NCBI GenBank assembly: GCA_964430945.1
Contig: CAYSHH010000005.1
Span: forward strand, 334 to 64,333
Direction of reading: 5' to 3'
DNA: 64,000 nucleotides
Source: an uncultured Candidatus Saccharibacteria bacterium
Lineage (GTDB): Bacteria; Patescibacteriota; UBA1384; JAMDBS01; CAYSHH01
How positions within the stretch are numbered: the first letter of the stretch is position 1; every line of letters starts with the position of its first letter. Shown here piece after piece: positions 1 to 8,788 of this stretch. Under the pieces are notes generated by a model that saw only the letters and a list, made by a program, of their open reading frames with translations, searched no databases and was not told where the DNA came from. Made by a program: the position numbers and the translations under genes.

Positions 1-216
1 GCCGATGAGATAGAATCCGACAAACGCGTCCAAAAAGCCTTCAACAAATCCGATAAGTGCTCCTCCAAATGATGCTGAGTCGCCAATATAAAGATTGCCT
101 AAGGCCTGTACAATACCAAGTGCATAACCAGTTTCTGCCATCAGGCTTAGAGAAAAAACGTAAATCCCCCAAACGATACCAGCAGCGATACCCAATTTAG
201 CTGCATTTAATTTCAT
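1..216 (-). CDS. small membrane protein, holin-like family (partial, runs off window)
   Basis: Manual translation MKLNAAKLGIAAGIVWGIYVFSLSL...LIGFVEGFLDAFVGFYLIG; AGGAGG RBS upstream; not in ORF track. Confidence 0.6.
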   Translation of the reverse strand, partial: MKLNAAKLGIAAGIVWGIYVFSLSLMAETGYALGIVQALGNLYIGDSASFGGALIGFVEGFLDAFVGFYLIG

Positions 217-271
217 AATCCCTCCTAGATTATTTATATCAATTTGATTATAACAAAACATATAAATATAT

Positions 272-296
272 AAAAAAGACCCGTGTATTACGGGTC
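272..296 (-). terminator. rho-independent terminator
   Basis: GACCCG-7nt-CGGGTC followed by T6 on minus strand, just after ORF 311-964. Confidence 0.7.
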
Positions 297-310
297 GTGA
301 TTGAGCTGTC

Positions 311-964
311 TTATCTATTTGTACTTGCGACGTTGATTCTAAATCCGGTGGATGCAGGAAATTCTGCATTGAAGTTGCGATAGTGATCTCTGGGAACAAA
401 CCCAGGTTTTAAAACCCTGTAATCTTTTTTGTCATCTGGGACTTCTCTTGACAGTTTGACATCGTTCCAACCGTTTTTGTTTGGAACAGCATAATATGGG
501 TAACCGGGATGAATATTGTCGATGCGCAGTACGTTGATACAAGATCCCAACGACAACGCACTATAAATACGATGTACTCCATCGCAAATCAACTGAATCC
601 CTCCATCGGCCTGTGAAATTTCGACAACCGGGGGATACATGGAGATATGTTTTCCGTCGCAGGTGAAATTGAGTGCTCCTCGGAGTTCGAACACATCAAT
701 TCCCTGGCTTATGAATTCTTTTCGAAGAAATCTAATTTTTTTGAGTTCCTGCTCTAAAACATAATACTGGGCAGGAAACAGGGTTTTGGGATCAAGCCTG
801 ACAATCTCAAATGTGGAGTCTCTATATGGGTAAACTTGAACATTTTTACCCATAAGAGGGATTCTTTTCATTTTTTCTATTAAATCCTGTGTCGATCCGT
901 AGCGGATCGATGAAACTTGAATCTGTTCGATTGTCGTTTCGTTGCCTATAATTATTTCTCCCAT
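311..964 (-). CDS. hypothetical protein with ParB/sulfiredoxin-like motif
   Basis: PPVV...LICDGVHRIYSA resembles the ParB-N/Srx DGxHR motif. Confidence 0.45.
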   Translation of the reverse strand: MGEIIIGNETTIEQIQVSSIRYGSTQDLIEKMKRIPLMGKNVQVYPYRDSTFEIVRLDPKTLFPAQYYVLEQELKKIRFLRKEFISQGIDVFELRGALNFTCDGKHISMYPPVVEISQADGGIQLICDGVHRIYSALSLGSCINVLRIDNIHPGYPYYAVPNKNGWNDVKLSREVPDDKKDYRVLKPGFVPRDHYRNFNAEFPASTGFRINVASTNR

Positions 965-1234
965 TTTACCAACCGCCTTTTAAAGATACTCACAATTTAT
1001 AAAAAATTGTGGCGAATAGTATGAGCGTGACAAAAAAATAGTACTTTGTCAATAATAATATATATTGCGCTGAAAAATTAATATCTAGCTATCGGGTTTT
1101 TACAATAAAAAAATGACCAGTTATAGTGGGTCACTTCAATATATTTAGATAACTAATTATTTGGAGAAATAAAAAACAATGATTTGTAAAAATATAGTGT
1201 ATGGAGAATAGTCCACTTACCTATCAATAATATT

Positions 1235-2686
1235 CTAAATCTTTCCCAAATCAATAATCTCTTCAAATTCAATCTTATCGACAAAATCTGGCATGTGACT
1301 AACCATGAAAATAGCCCCTTCATACCGATCAATTGCTTCGGCAATCACTGGCAAATGACGAAAATTAATATGATTGGTTGGTTCGTCAAGAATTAACAGT
1401 CCTGGTTTAATGAGCACAAGCCTTGCGAATGAAAGCAGTCCTTTTTGTCCCTCAGATAAATCTCCGACTTTATTTCCCATTAGATTACCGGTAATTAGAA
1501 AATTGGCTGCTATGGATCGCATTGTTTGAATGTCAGTATCTTCCGGTTTGACATCAATAAGACAATCGATAACAGTTTGGTCAAAATTTAAATTTGAAAA
1601 ATCTTGACTATAATATCCGATTCGAACTTCTTTAGCGATTTTGGCATGTTCGTTTTTTCCAGATTGTAGTGATCTTAGAAAAGTACTTTTACCAACACCA
1701 TTTGGACCAGTTATCAAAAAATGCATTTTTTTTCGAATAGATTTATTAACTTCCTTTACTATTGGCCGATGATCATGAATCACTTTTATAGCATCTATTT
1801 TGACGATCTCACCAACAGTGTTTTGTGCGGGTATATCAAACTTACGGATAGTTTTATCTTCTTGTCTAACGTCTACCATATTTTCTTCCAATTCTACCGT
1901 TTCATCTCGTAGTTTCTTGGCCAGTTTTCTCATCTTACCACCCTTATTGGAGAAAAAATTAACCTTTTCTTTCCGATCGATTATCGATTTCTTAAGTTGG
2001 GCATTTTTTCGTCTTTCTCTCTCAACTCGTTGGCTGATTTCTTCTACTACTGTATAGTAATCGCCAACATAGGTCTCTATCTTATGAGTAAAATTGTCTA
2101 GATAGATAACTCCCTCGGTAAAGCAATTTAAAAAATCGGCATCATGGGAGATCACGATCACTGTTTTGTCATACATCACCAAAAATTGGATTAGATGATC
2201 TATTCCTTCTTGATCAAGATTATTTGTTGGTTCGTCGAGTAGTAATATATCTGATTCTTTGATGAGAGCAAAGGCTAGTAGAAGTCTTGCCTGTTGTCCG
2301 CCAGAAAGCTTGCCAACTATCCAATCAGTCGGCACATTTAAATTTACAGCATTCATAACTTTATGTATCCGACTTTCAATATTTGATGGCAGTTCATCGA
2401 AAGCTTTGGAAAAATAATCTTTGATTGACAGTTCTAAGTCAGTACGTGCTACTACTTGTCTGGCAGTTGCAATACTCGCTTCATCAGTAATAGATATTCT
2501 TCCTGACTTGGGCTTAAGCTCTCCCATGATTAGAGAAAACATAGAGCTTTTTCCAGCTCCGTTTTGTCCCATCAGGGTAATCTTAGAGTTTCTGCGGACA
2601 CTAAAACTAGCCTCGTCTAATATAGGTTGATTATGCTTGTACTCAAAACTTACTTCGCTAAAACGTAAAATTACATCATTGTTCAT
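1235..2686 (-). CDS. ABC-F family ATP-binding protein
   Basis: Two ABC cassettes (GQNGAGKS, LSGGQ, LLLDEPTNNLD; GPNGVGKS, LSEGQ, LILDEPTNH), no TM segments; likely start MNNDVIL. Confidence 0.9.
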   Translation of the reverse strand: MNNDVILRFSEVSFEYKHNQPILDEASFSVRRNSKITLMGQNGAGKSSMFSLIMGELKPKSGRISITDEASIATARQVVARTDLELSIKDYFSKAFDELPSNIESRIHKVMNAVNLNVPTDWIVGKLSGGQQARLLLAFALIKESDILLLDEPTNNLDQEGIDHLIQFLVMYDKTVIVISHDADFLNCFTEGVIYLDNFTHKIETYVGDYYTVVEEISQRVERERRKNAQLKKSIIDRKEKVNFFSNKGGKMRKLAKKLRDETVELEENMVDVRQEDKTIRKFDIPAQNTVGEIVKIDAIKVIHDHRPIVKEVNKSIRKKMHFLITGPNGVGKSTFLRSLQSGKNEHAKIAKEVRIGYYSQDFSNLNFDQTVIDCLIDVKPEDTDIQTMRSIAANFLITGNLMGNKVGDLSEGQKGLLSFARLVLIKPGLLILDEPTNHINFRHLPVIAEAIDRYEGAIFMVSHMPDFVDKIEFEEIIDLGKI

Positions 2687-2855
2687 ATAATATTTAAAAT
2701 TTATTGTGATAGTGTAGCTATCAGGATACACGAAATATCAAAAAAACGCCAGTAGTAAATCCCTATCGTTTTTTTTGAAGGAGAGGGAATATGATTACAA
2801 ATAAAAAAAGACCCGTTTAGTATTGTTAGGTGGGTCAAACCTGTTTATATTCCAT

Positions 2856-3362
2856 TTAATATTTATCATAGATATTAAAGGGAATGTCTTTTCTTTGTTT
2901 ATAAATTGATATATCCTCTATAAGAGTTTTGGAATCTGGTCCGTTTTGCAACCAATCAATGTATTTCCTGTAACCATCTTCCCCATACTCTTCCTTAAAA
3001 CATTGTAATATCCTTGTTAATTCCCTTCCGACTAATTGGAAATTATCATATAGCATTTTCTCCATCCAACCTATGCCATACATTGGTTTAAAACATTTGC
3101 CATTTTTTTCCTTTATGTTTACTTCTAATTCATTGGCGAAAGGAATGATCTGTTGCAATATTTCAGATCTTCCTTCTTTTTTCCCATCGTATAAGCCAAT
3201 TTCTTTTTCTCGTCTTAAGAGATTGTCTAGCATCATAAGGATTGTTTGTTTCGCCCTGGGCGATTCCAACCCTTCGTCTAAAATAATTTGTTTCATTCTT
3301 TCGAAAAAACACAATGCCTTTAATGCATCATAATCCTCATTAGTAATAGATAAATTATGCAT
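2856..3362 (-). CDS. hypothetical protein
   Basis: 168-aa ORF with GGAGG RBS, TTGACA-17-TAGTAT promoter upstream and hairpin downstream. Confidence 0.6.
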   Translation of the reverse strand: MHNLSITNEDYDALKALCFFERMKQIILDEGLESPRAKQTILMMLDNLLRREKEIGLYDGKKEGRSEILQQIIPFANELEVNIKEKNGKCFKPMYGIGWMEKMLYDNFQLVGRELTRILQCFKEEYGEDGYRKYIDWLQNGPDSKTLIEDISIYKQRKDIPFNIYDKY

Positions 3363-3733
3363 ATTTTCCTCCTTATAATTTACTGTATTTCTGAGATATT
3401 AAATTTCCCAGAAAGCAATAAACTACAAGAAGTTACTTTTAAAGTACGACCCAACATACTACCAATTCCTTGTATTTTTGTCAATAAAAAAACGCCAGCA
3501 ATAAAGCACTGCCGTTTTTTGGAAAGCTATCGAGTCGTAAAATTTTTTAGGACAAGATAACACGAGATAGCCAAATAAAATTTTTGCAAAAATAATTAAC
3601 TATTTTCAATAGCATAGACATTGCCGCCTTCAGATGAAAAATAAATTGATTATTTTAGTTTTAATTCCGTCTCGTTTAGCACAATATTGTGCTACAATAA
3701 GTATATTAAATTAATATCAAAAGGGGACTAACA

Positions 3734-5053
3734 ATGAAAATACTATATATCTTACTCATCGTGGTTTTTGTGTGTCTAATCGCATTTTTTATCAAAACTA
3801 GATTGGTTGTTCCAAAAAGTTTAACTGTAGATCCTTTTACAAATGATAGTGGTAAAAGAGATTTGGTCGTTGTTATAAGCGATCTTCATATTGGTGCCGA
3901 TCTTAGCTATGCAGAATTCAATAAAAATACAAAAACACTTGAAGATTTTCTCGAAAAAGTCAGGGTTTCACCAAACATCAAGGAGTTTGTTATTGCAGGA
4001 GATTTATTTGATGAATGGTTTGTACCAGCGACAGTCGATACTTATCAAGGTAAAGATCAAGATGCATTCGTAAAACGTATTGCCGAAACAAATAAAGGTG
4101 TATTTGATGCTTTTAATCGTATAATCCAAGATGGAAAAATTGTGGTCACATATATTCCCGGGAATCATGATCTGACGATAACCGCAGAACAGGTTGAAAG
4201 TGTTTTACCAGGAATAAAACAAGCACGAGATAAAGAGCTTGGCTTGGGGTCGTATTCTCCTGCCGATCTTTCTCAGGTTGTAATAGAACATGGGCATCGC
4301 TACAATTTTTTCTGTGCACCGGATCCTATTTCAAATCAATCTATAGCTCCCGGCACTATTATGCCACCTGGATATTTTTTTACTCGGATTGCCACACAAC
4401 ATGTCGTAGAGCAGTGTAAGACGTCAGATAATATTATCCCGACAGTTACACAAAATACTTCTGGCAATGTAAGTCAGGATTTATTGTATGGATATTGGAA
4501 AGAATGGGAAGATACGCTTAAAATGTTTCCTATAAAAAATAAGTTTGATGAAAAAATTATCAAAACCAATGTCAATGGATTTACCAAAACATATGCAGTT
4601 GATGATGTTTTACCCTATCAGCTAACTCCCGGGGGAACCATAGACGTAAACCTTTATAAAGGCATTGGGGATACTTGGAAGGAAAGGCAAAAACTTAATG
4701 AGGTAAAAGTTGATATCCCGATAGATCGTGCAATGAAATATGTTGCCGATCCAAACGAATTGGATAGCCAAGCATCTATACAATATTTTCTTAATCCAGA
4801 TTCTGACAAAAGGATAGTTGTATTTGGTCATACTCACGTTGCAAAAATTATCCCTACTTCCAATTTCGCTGGCGAAAAATCAATATATGTAAATTCTGGA
4901 ACATGGATTGATAGCAATCCAAATGCTACAACAATGAATTTTGTTGTCATAACACCACAAAATATTGATTCTTCTTCTCAAACCAAGGTAAAACTTTACA
5001 ATTTTAAAGACGAAGTTGTAACAGAAATGGGCAAGGATTCATTGCGATTTTAA
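3734..5053 (+). CDS. calcineurin-like metallophosphoesterase, N-terminally anchored
   Basis: SDLH, GDLFD, GNHD, EHGH and FGHTH motifs; N-terminal TM helix. Confidence 0.88.
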   Translation: MKILYILLIVVFVCLIAFFIKTRLVVPKSLTVDPFTNDSGKRDLVVVISDLHIGADLSYAEFNKNTKTLEDFLEKVRVSPNIKEFVIAGDLFDEWFVPATVDTYQGKDQDAFVKRIAETNKGVFDAFNRIIQDGKIVVTYIPGNHDLTITAEQVESVLPGIKQARDKELGLGSYSPADLSQVVIEHGHRYNFFCAPDPISNQSIAPGTIMPPGYFFTRIATQHVVEQCKTSDNIIPTVTQNTSGNVSQDLLYGYWKEWEDTLKMFPIKNKFDEKIIKTNVNGFTKTYAVDDVLPYQLTPGGTIDVNLYKGIGDTWKERQKLNEVKVDIPIDRAMKYVADPNELDSQASIQYFLNPDSDKRIVVFGHTHVAKIIPTSNFAGEKSIYVNSGTWIDSNPNATTMNFVVITPQNIDSSSQTKVKLYNFKDEVVTEMGKDSLRF

Positions 5054-5229
5054 TGAATTAGAAGGTTGCCCTCTTATATTATATTGAGGAAACAGTTTAA
5101 TCTGGCTAAATATAACTCTGTCTTATCAATCGAATGAGTGGGATTTGTAAAATCTCACTTTTTTGGAGAGACAGTCGGATCTAGAACTTTTTTAAAAATT
5201 AGAATGATATGCATTGAAACAGTATGAAA

Positions 5230-5256
5230 AATAGAATGACCTGTGGTCATTCTATT
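5230..5256. terminator. perfect hairpin, probable terminator
   Basis: AATAGAATGACC-tgt-GGTCATTCTATT between convergent genes. Confidence 0.55.
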
Positions 5257-5267
5257 GTAAATTTGAA

Positions 5268-5879
5268 TTATAATTCTATTTTTTCAAAAAATTGCTGAAG
5301 CTGAGATCCAATAGCTTTTTGCCAAAAATTGGCTTGCTCGTCTTTTGTCATTTCTGAAATATATTTTCCACTCTCAATATCAATTTGCATTGATTCAAGA
5401 GGATATCCCTTGATAGTTTTATCACTCATTTTACTCGTAAAATATCTCTTTGGTGATTTGATAACATCCTCAACAATTTTTCCATCAGGATAAGCTACTG
5501 CAACAGCAAAATCCCAGTGTCCAGTTAATCTATTATTATGTTCTTTAAAAATCTCACGATAATAGTCAAGCATTTCTTGATCGCTTGGTCTTGTATCCGA
5601 TCCGGGGATTCTCCTTACATTAATCCCCGGTTGTTTTTCTTTTGGGAAATTATCAAAGTACAAAGCGTTATCCATTGAAAAGACTGGTTTACCAATTGCT
5701 TTTGCATAAGCTAATGCTTTTTTCCTTGCATTTTCTTGAGCTGTTTTACCGTCTTCTTCAACTTCAGGTAGGTTTTTAATGTCACCAATTCCTTTAACCA
5801 CGATTTTCAAAGAATTAAGAGCTCCTTGAACTTGAGCAATCTTTGCAGGATTCTTGGTTCCAAAAATAATTTCTTTCAT
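5268..5879 (-). CDS. Ham1/RdgB-family non-canonical purine NTP pyrophosphatase (divergent)
   Basis: IIFGTKNPAK, EVEEDGKTAQENARKKA, PGINVRR; GGAGG RBS. Confidence 0.8.
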   Translation of the reverse strand: MKEIIFGTKNPAKIAQVQGALNSLKIVVKGIGDIKNLPEVEEDGKTAQENARKKALAYAKAIGKPVFSMDNALYFDNFPKEKQPGINVRRIPGSDTRPSDQEMLDYYREIFKEHNNRLTGHWDFAVAVAYPDGKIVEDVIKSPKRYFTSKMSDKTIKGYPLESMQIDIESGKYISEMTKDEQANFWQKAIGSQLQQFFEKIEL

Positions 5880-6012
5880 TTCAAACACCTCCAATATTAT
5901 TTTAACTTTAGCACTTAGTATTCTTTAAAACAATATTTTGTTTGAATAACCATTATACAATTGTTAAACTAATCTTAAAAAGAAAATATTATGATAAGAA
6001 AAAATAAAAAAT

Positions 6013-6735
6013 ATGAAATATCTCATTTCTTGTTCAGAAATAAGTAGGAGAAAAAAAGCTTATATCTCACTTTCATTGAGCTTAATAATTGGATTTATTA
6101 TGTCATCACTGGTTTTTCATTTTATTTTATCTATCATCTACTATTTTCTAATAGTAATAGCGTTGTTTATAATAGGAGCTTTTTCATATATTTTTTTTCG
6201 TAGTTTATCCCAAATGCAAATAAATTTATCTAATCAATTTTTGGAAAGGGTTATTCATGGTGTCTCAGAAAAATACCCTTTAAATAAAATTAATCGAGTA
6301 AAAATCAAATGGACAACTCGCAGAACAATTCGCGAGATCTATATATGGCTGTCAGATAATAAAAGTATCTATATCACAGCTCTCAATGATTTCAAACATT
6401 TTAGAAACGATTTACTGGAAAAAACCAATCAAAATATTACGCTTCAAGAAATACACGAGCCACTAGATTTTGATCATCCGCTATTTTACCCGATTCTTGG
6501 TTTATTAATTAGTTTTGTAAGTGTTTGGTTTATGCGAATGATTTCCAATCTTAATTATCAAAATACAACCTTTTGTTTGATTATTTTCTCTATTTATCTG
6601 CTGATTTTGGGTGGCTATTTTGTGATTACTAAACCAATTTCCAAAAGATCTGGCAAAAAAACCAAAATATCAGACAATATTATGGGAACATTTATGATAA
6701 TCGCAGCGATTACGATTTTCTTACTAACATTCTAG
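6013..6735 (+). CDS. hypothetical membrane protein
   Basis: About five hydrophobic segments around a soluble loop. Confidence 0.65.
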   Translation: MKYLISCSEISRRKKAYISLSLSLIIGFIMSSLVFHFILSIIYYFLIVIALFIIGAFSYIFFRSLSQMQINLSNQFLERVIHGVSEKYPLNKINRVKIKWTTRRTIREIYIWLSDNKSIYITALNDFKHFRNDLLEKTNQNITLQEIHEPLDFDHPLFYPILGLLISFVSVWFMRMISNLNYQNTTFCLIIFSIYLLILGGYFVITKPISKRSGKKTKISDNIMGTFMIIAAITIFLLTF

Positions 6736-6843
6736 GTAGAACAAAAATATTCATCTTTTCCAACTGACTGACTTTAAAACATATCTTGCCAAAAATAGCT
6801 CACCCAATCACGCAATTTTTTGCAATATTGTAAATAAGTAAGA

Positions 6844-7983
6844 TTATTTTTTTTCTGTAATAAAATCCACTTTTCTTTTTACAGTTGATTGCACTTTATT
6901 TTTCAGCTCATTCTCTAGGAAAATTTTCAACTTATTGACTGTGGGTATAATGCTCTTTTCGGTACTCCATGGATATATTGATCTGATGTATTCTGCTTCC
7001 AATTGGACCATTTTAGATTTATCTTTATGCCTGATAGATTGATCCACTGCAATTTGAAAACAGTGTCCACTTATAGTATCAACAATATAAGATTTAAATT
7101 TTTTTCGATCTATAGATCCTAATAAAACGGCGTCTTTTGGTAATGCAGTACAAATCTTTTCTTCTCTATCTATAGATTGTTTATCACTTTTCTTTACTAT
7201 TGCTTGAAGCTTGTTGTCAATAAAGATCTCTCTAAAAACCTCTTTTTTAGAACGATAATATACATGGGTATTTTCTTCAGTATGTTCAAATGACTGCCAT
7301 ATAAATTTTATTTTTGAGATATCTACTTTTTTTAATGCATTGATTGTTTTTCGATAATTTAATTTTGACTCGAATTTTATCTCGATCTCTCTGTCTGGCA
7401 GGAATTTAAAAGCATCTAATTGTATATGGTCGACTATTAAAAAAGCTTGAACTCTTTTATTAATTCGATCAAATGTTTTTTTTAATTTATATTTTTTTAA
7501 TATGTTTTGTATATTTAGTTTATTATAAACTTTACACTCATATCTGTCAGGTAATGTTCCCAGGCAGTTCCCACTTGGTGACATAATGACAATTTTTTTA
7601 TCGCAAGTAACACGAACATTCTCCTCTTTACTTTCACAAAAATGTTCTCTTATTGAAGCAACAATAAACACTACTTGTGTCGGTCCGATTGATTGGAGGA
7701 TATTATCTGCCTTTTTGTCTCCCGTTTTCTTCTCGAGAAAAAAAATTTTACATGCTTGTGCGAAACTGCATTTTTTCTTAAATTTATACGGATTTTTTTT
7801 AATCTGTAGAAAGCCATCTCCATTTTTATATTGTCTCCAGCGTAATGTATATCTACCAGGAACATGTTCCTCTCCAGGTAACGAAAAATACCATGTTTTT
7901 ATTGGATTACTTCTTCCATATCGAGGAATATATTCTAAATTTCCTTTATCGATAACATAAAATTCTAACCTTTGTTCATTCAT
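6844..7983 (-). CDS. putative tandem VTC-like plus CYTH-like triphosphate tunnel metalloenzyme
   Basis: N-half YTLRWRQY..FLQIKK..RVTCD; C-half REIEIKF..REE..QLEAEY..KRKVDF. Confidence 0.5.
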   Translation of the reverse strand: MNEQRLEFYVIDKGNLEYIPRYGRSNPIKTWYFSLPGEEHVPGRYTLRWRQYKNGDGFLQIKKNPYKFKKKCSFAQACKIFFLEKKTGDKKADNILQSIGPTQVVFIVASIREHFCESKEENVRVTCDKKIVIMSPSGNCLGTLPDRYECKVYNKLNIQNILKKYKLKKTFDRINKRVQAFLIVDHIQLDAFKFLPDREIEIKFESKLNYRKTINALKKVDISKIKFIWQSFEHTEENTHVYYRSKKEVFREIFIDNKLQAIVKKSDKQSIDREEKICTALPKDAVLLGSIDRKKFKSYIVDTISGHCFQIAVDQSIRHKDKSKMVQLEAEYIRSIYPWSTEKSIIPTVNKLKIFLENELKNKVQSTVKRKVDFITEKK

Positions 7984-8062
7984 AATGAATAGCATTATTA
8001 TTTTTAAAAAATAACTATTATTAATAGTAACATAATACAATCTTGTTTAAAATAACTTTTTT

Positions 8063-8081
8063 CCTGTCTGCCGACAGGCAG
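8063..8081. repeat. GC-rich REP-like palindrome
   Basis: CCTGTC-TGCC-GACAGG-CAG. Confidence 0.45.
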
Positions 8082-8123
8082 CCCGACCCCTTTTTGCGTT
8101 CGATTCCGTCCTGTCGCACCACG

Positions 8124-8147
8124 AAAAAACCCCACCTTTCGGTGAGG
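8124..8147 (-). terminator. terminator after tRNA-Lys
   Basis: CCTCACC-GAAA-GGTGGGG-TTTTTT on minus strand. Confidence 0.7.
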
Positions 8148-8155
8148 CATTTTCG

Positions 8156-8230
8156 TGGAGGGCCATGTGGGAATCGAACCCACGACACAGAGCTTAAAAG
8201 GCTCCTGCTCTACCTCTGAGCTAATGGCCC
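8156..8230 (-). tRNA. tRNA-Lys(UUU)
   Basis: Reverse complement GGGCCATTAGCTCAGAGGTAGAGCAGGAGCCTTTTAAGCTCTGTGTCGTGGGTTCGATTCCCACATGGCCCTCCA: cloverleaf, anticodon TTT, encoded CCA. Confidence 0.97.
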
Positions 8231-8426
8231 ATGATAAATCCCTTTGCAGTCAAAAAAGATTATAACAGATATATTTCTTACGGTCAATAAAAAATGGGGT
8301 GATAAAACAATTGGCGATATATTTATTTAAAATACTATTTTTTTCAACATTGACTGATGTAATCATCTTTGATAATATTATTAGCCTTCTAGATTTTTTA
8401 AAAAAAGATGAAAGGAGAATTATGGA

Positions 8427-8675
8427 ATGTTTGGAATAACTGCGAAACGAAATAGAAAATTTTATATTGATCAAATGAGAAAAATCTCTTTAGACATATG
8501 TTCCTATTCACCACAAACCGCTTCCCCGGAATTGATTGCGATAGCCTTAAGGCTGAATAAGAAGAACCCGTCTTCTAGAACAGAAGAAGAAATATATTAT
8601 ATGAACGAACGAGAATTGAGGGGTTTTATTAAATCTCTTCGAAACCAAATTCATTCAAAAAAAAGAATTGTTTAA
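8427..8675 (+). CDS. small hypothetical protein
   Basis: 82-aa ORF with AAGGAG RBS and downstream terminator. Confidence 0.5.
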   Translation: MFGITAKRNRKFYIDQMRKISLDICSYSPQTASPELIAIALRLNKKNPSSRTEEEIYYMNERELRGFIKSLRNQIHSKKRIV

Positions 8676-8693
8676 CAAAACCGCAAAACAACG

Positions 8694-8716
8694 AGCCCCG
8701 CACCGGGGCTTTTTTT
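8694..8716 (+). terminator. rho-independent terminator
   Basis: AGCCCCG-cac-CGGGGCT-T6. Confidence 0.8.
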
Positions 8717-8717
8717 A

Positions 8718-8746
8718 TTGACAAAAGATTAATTTTAAAGTATATT
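8718..8746 (+). promoter_or_regulatory. sigma70 promoter of typA
   Basis: TTGACA-17nt-TATATT. Confidence 0.7.
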
Positions 8747-8788
8747 AATATAACTAATTTATATGGGAAAAGCCCATTTTTTATTTAT

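Noticed and set aside
1-216. Holin-like gene as evidence of a prophage
   Set aside because: No phage genes nearby in the window, and the family label is weak
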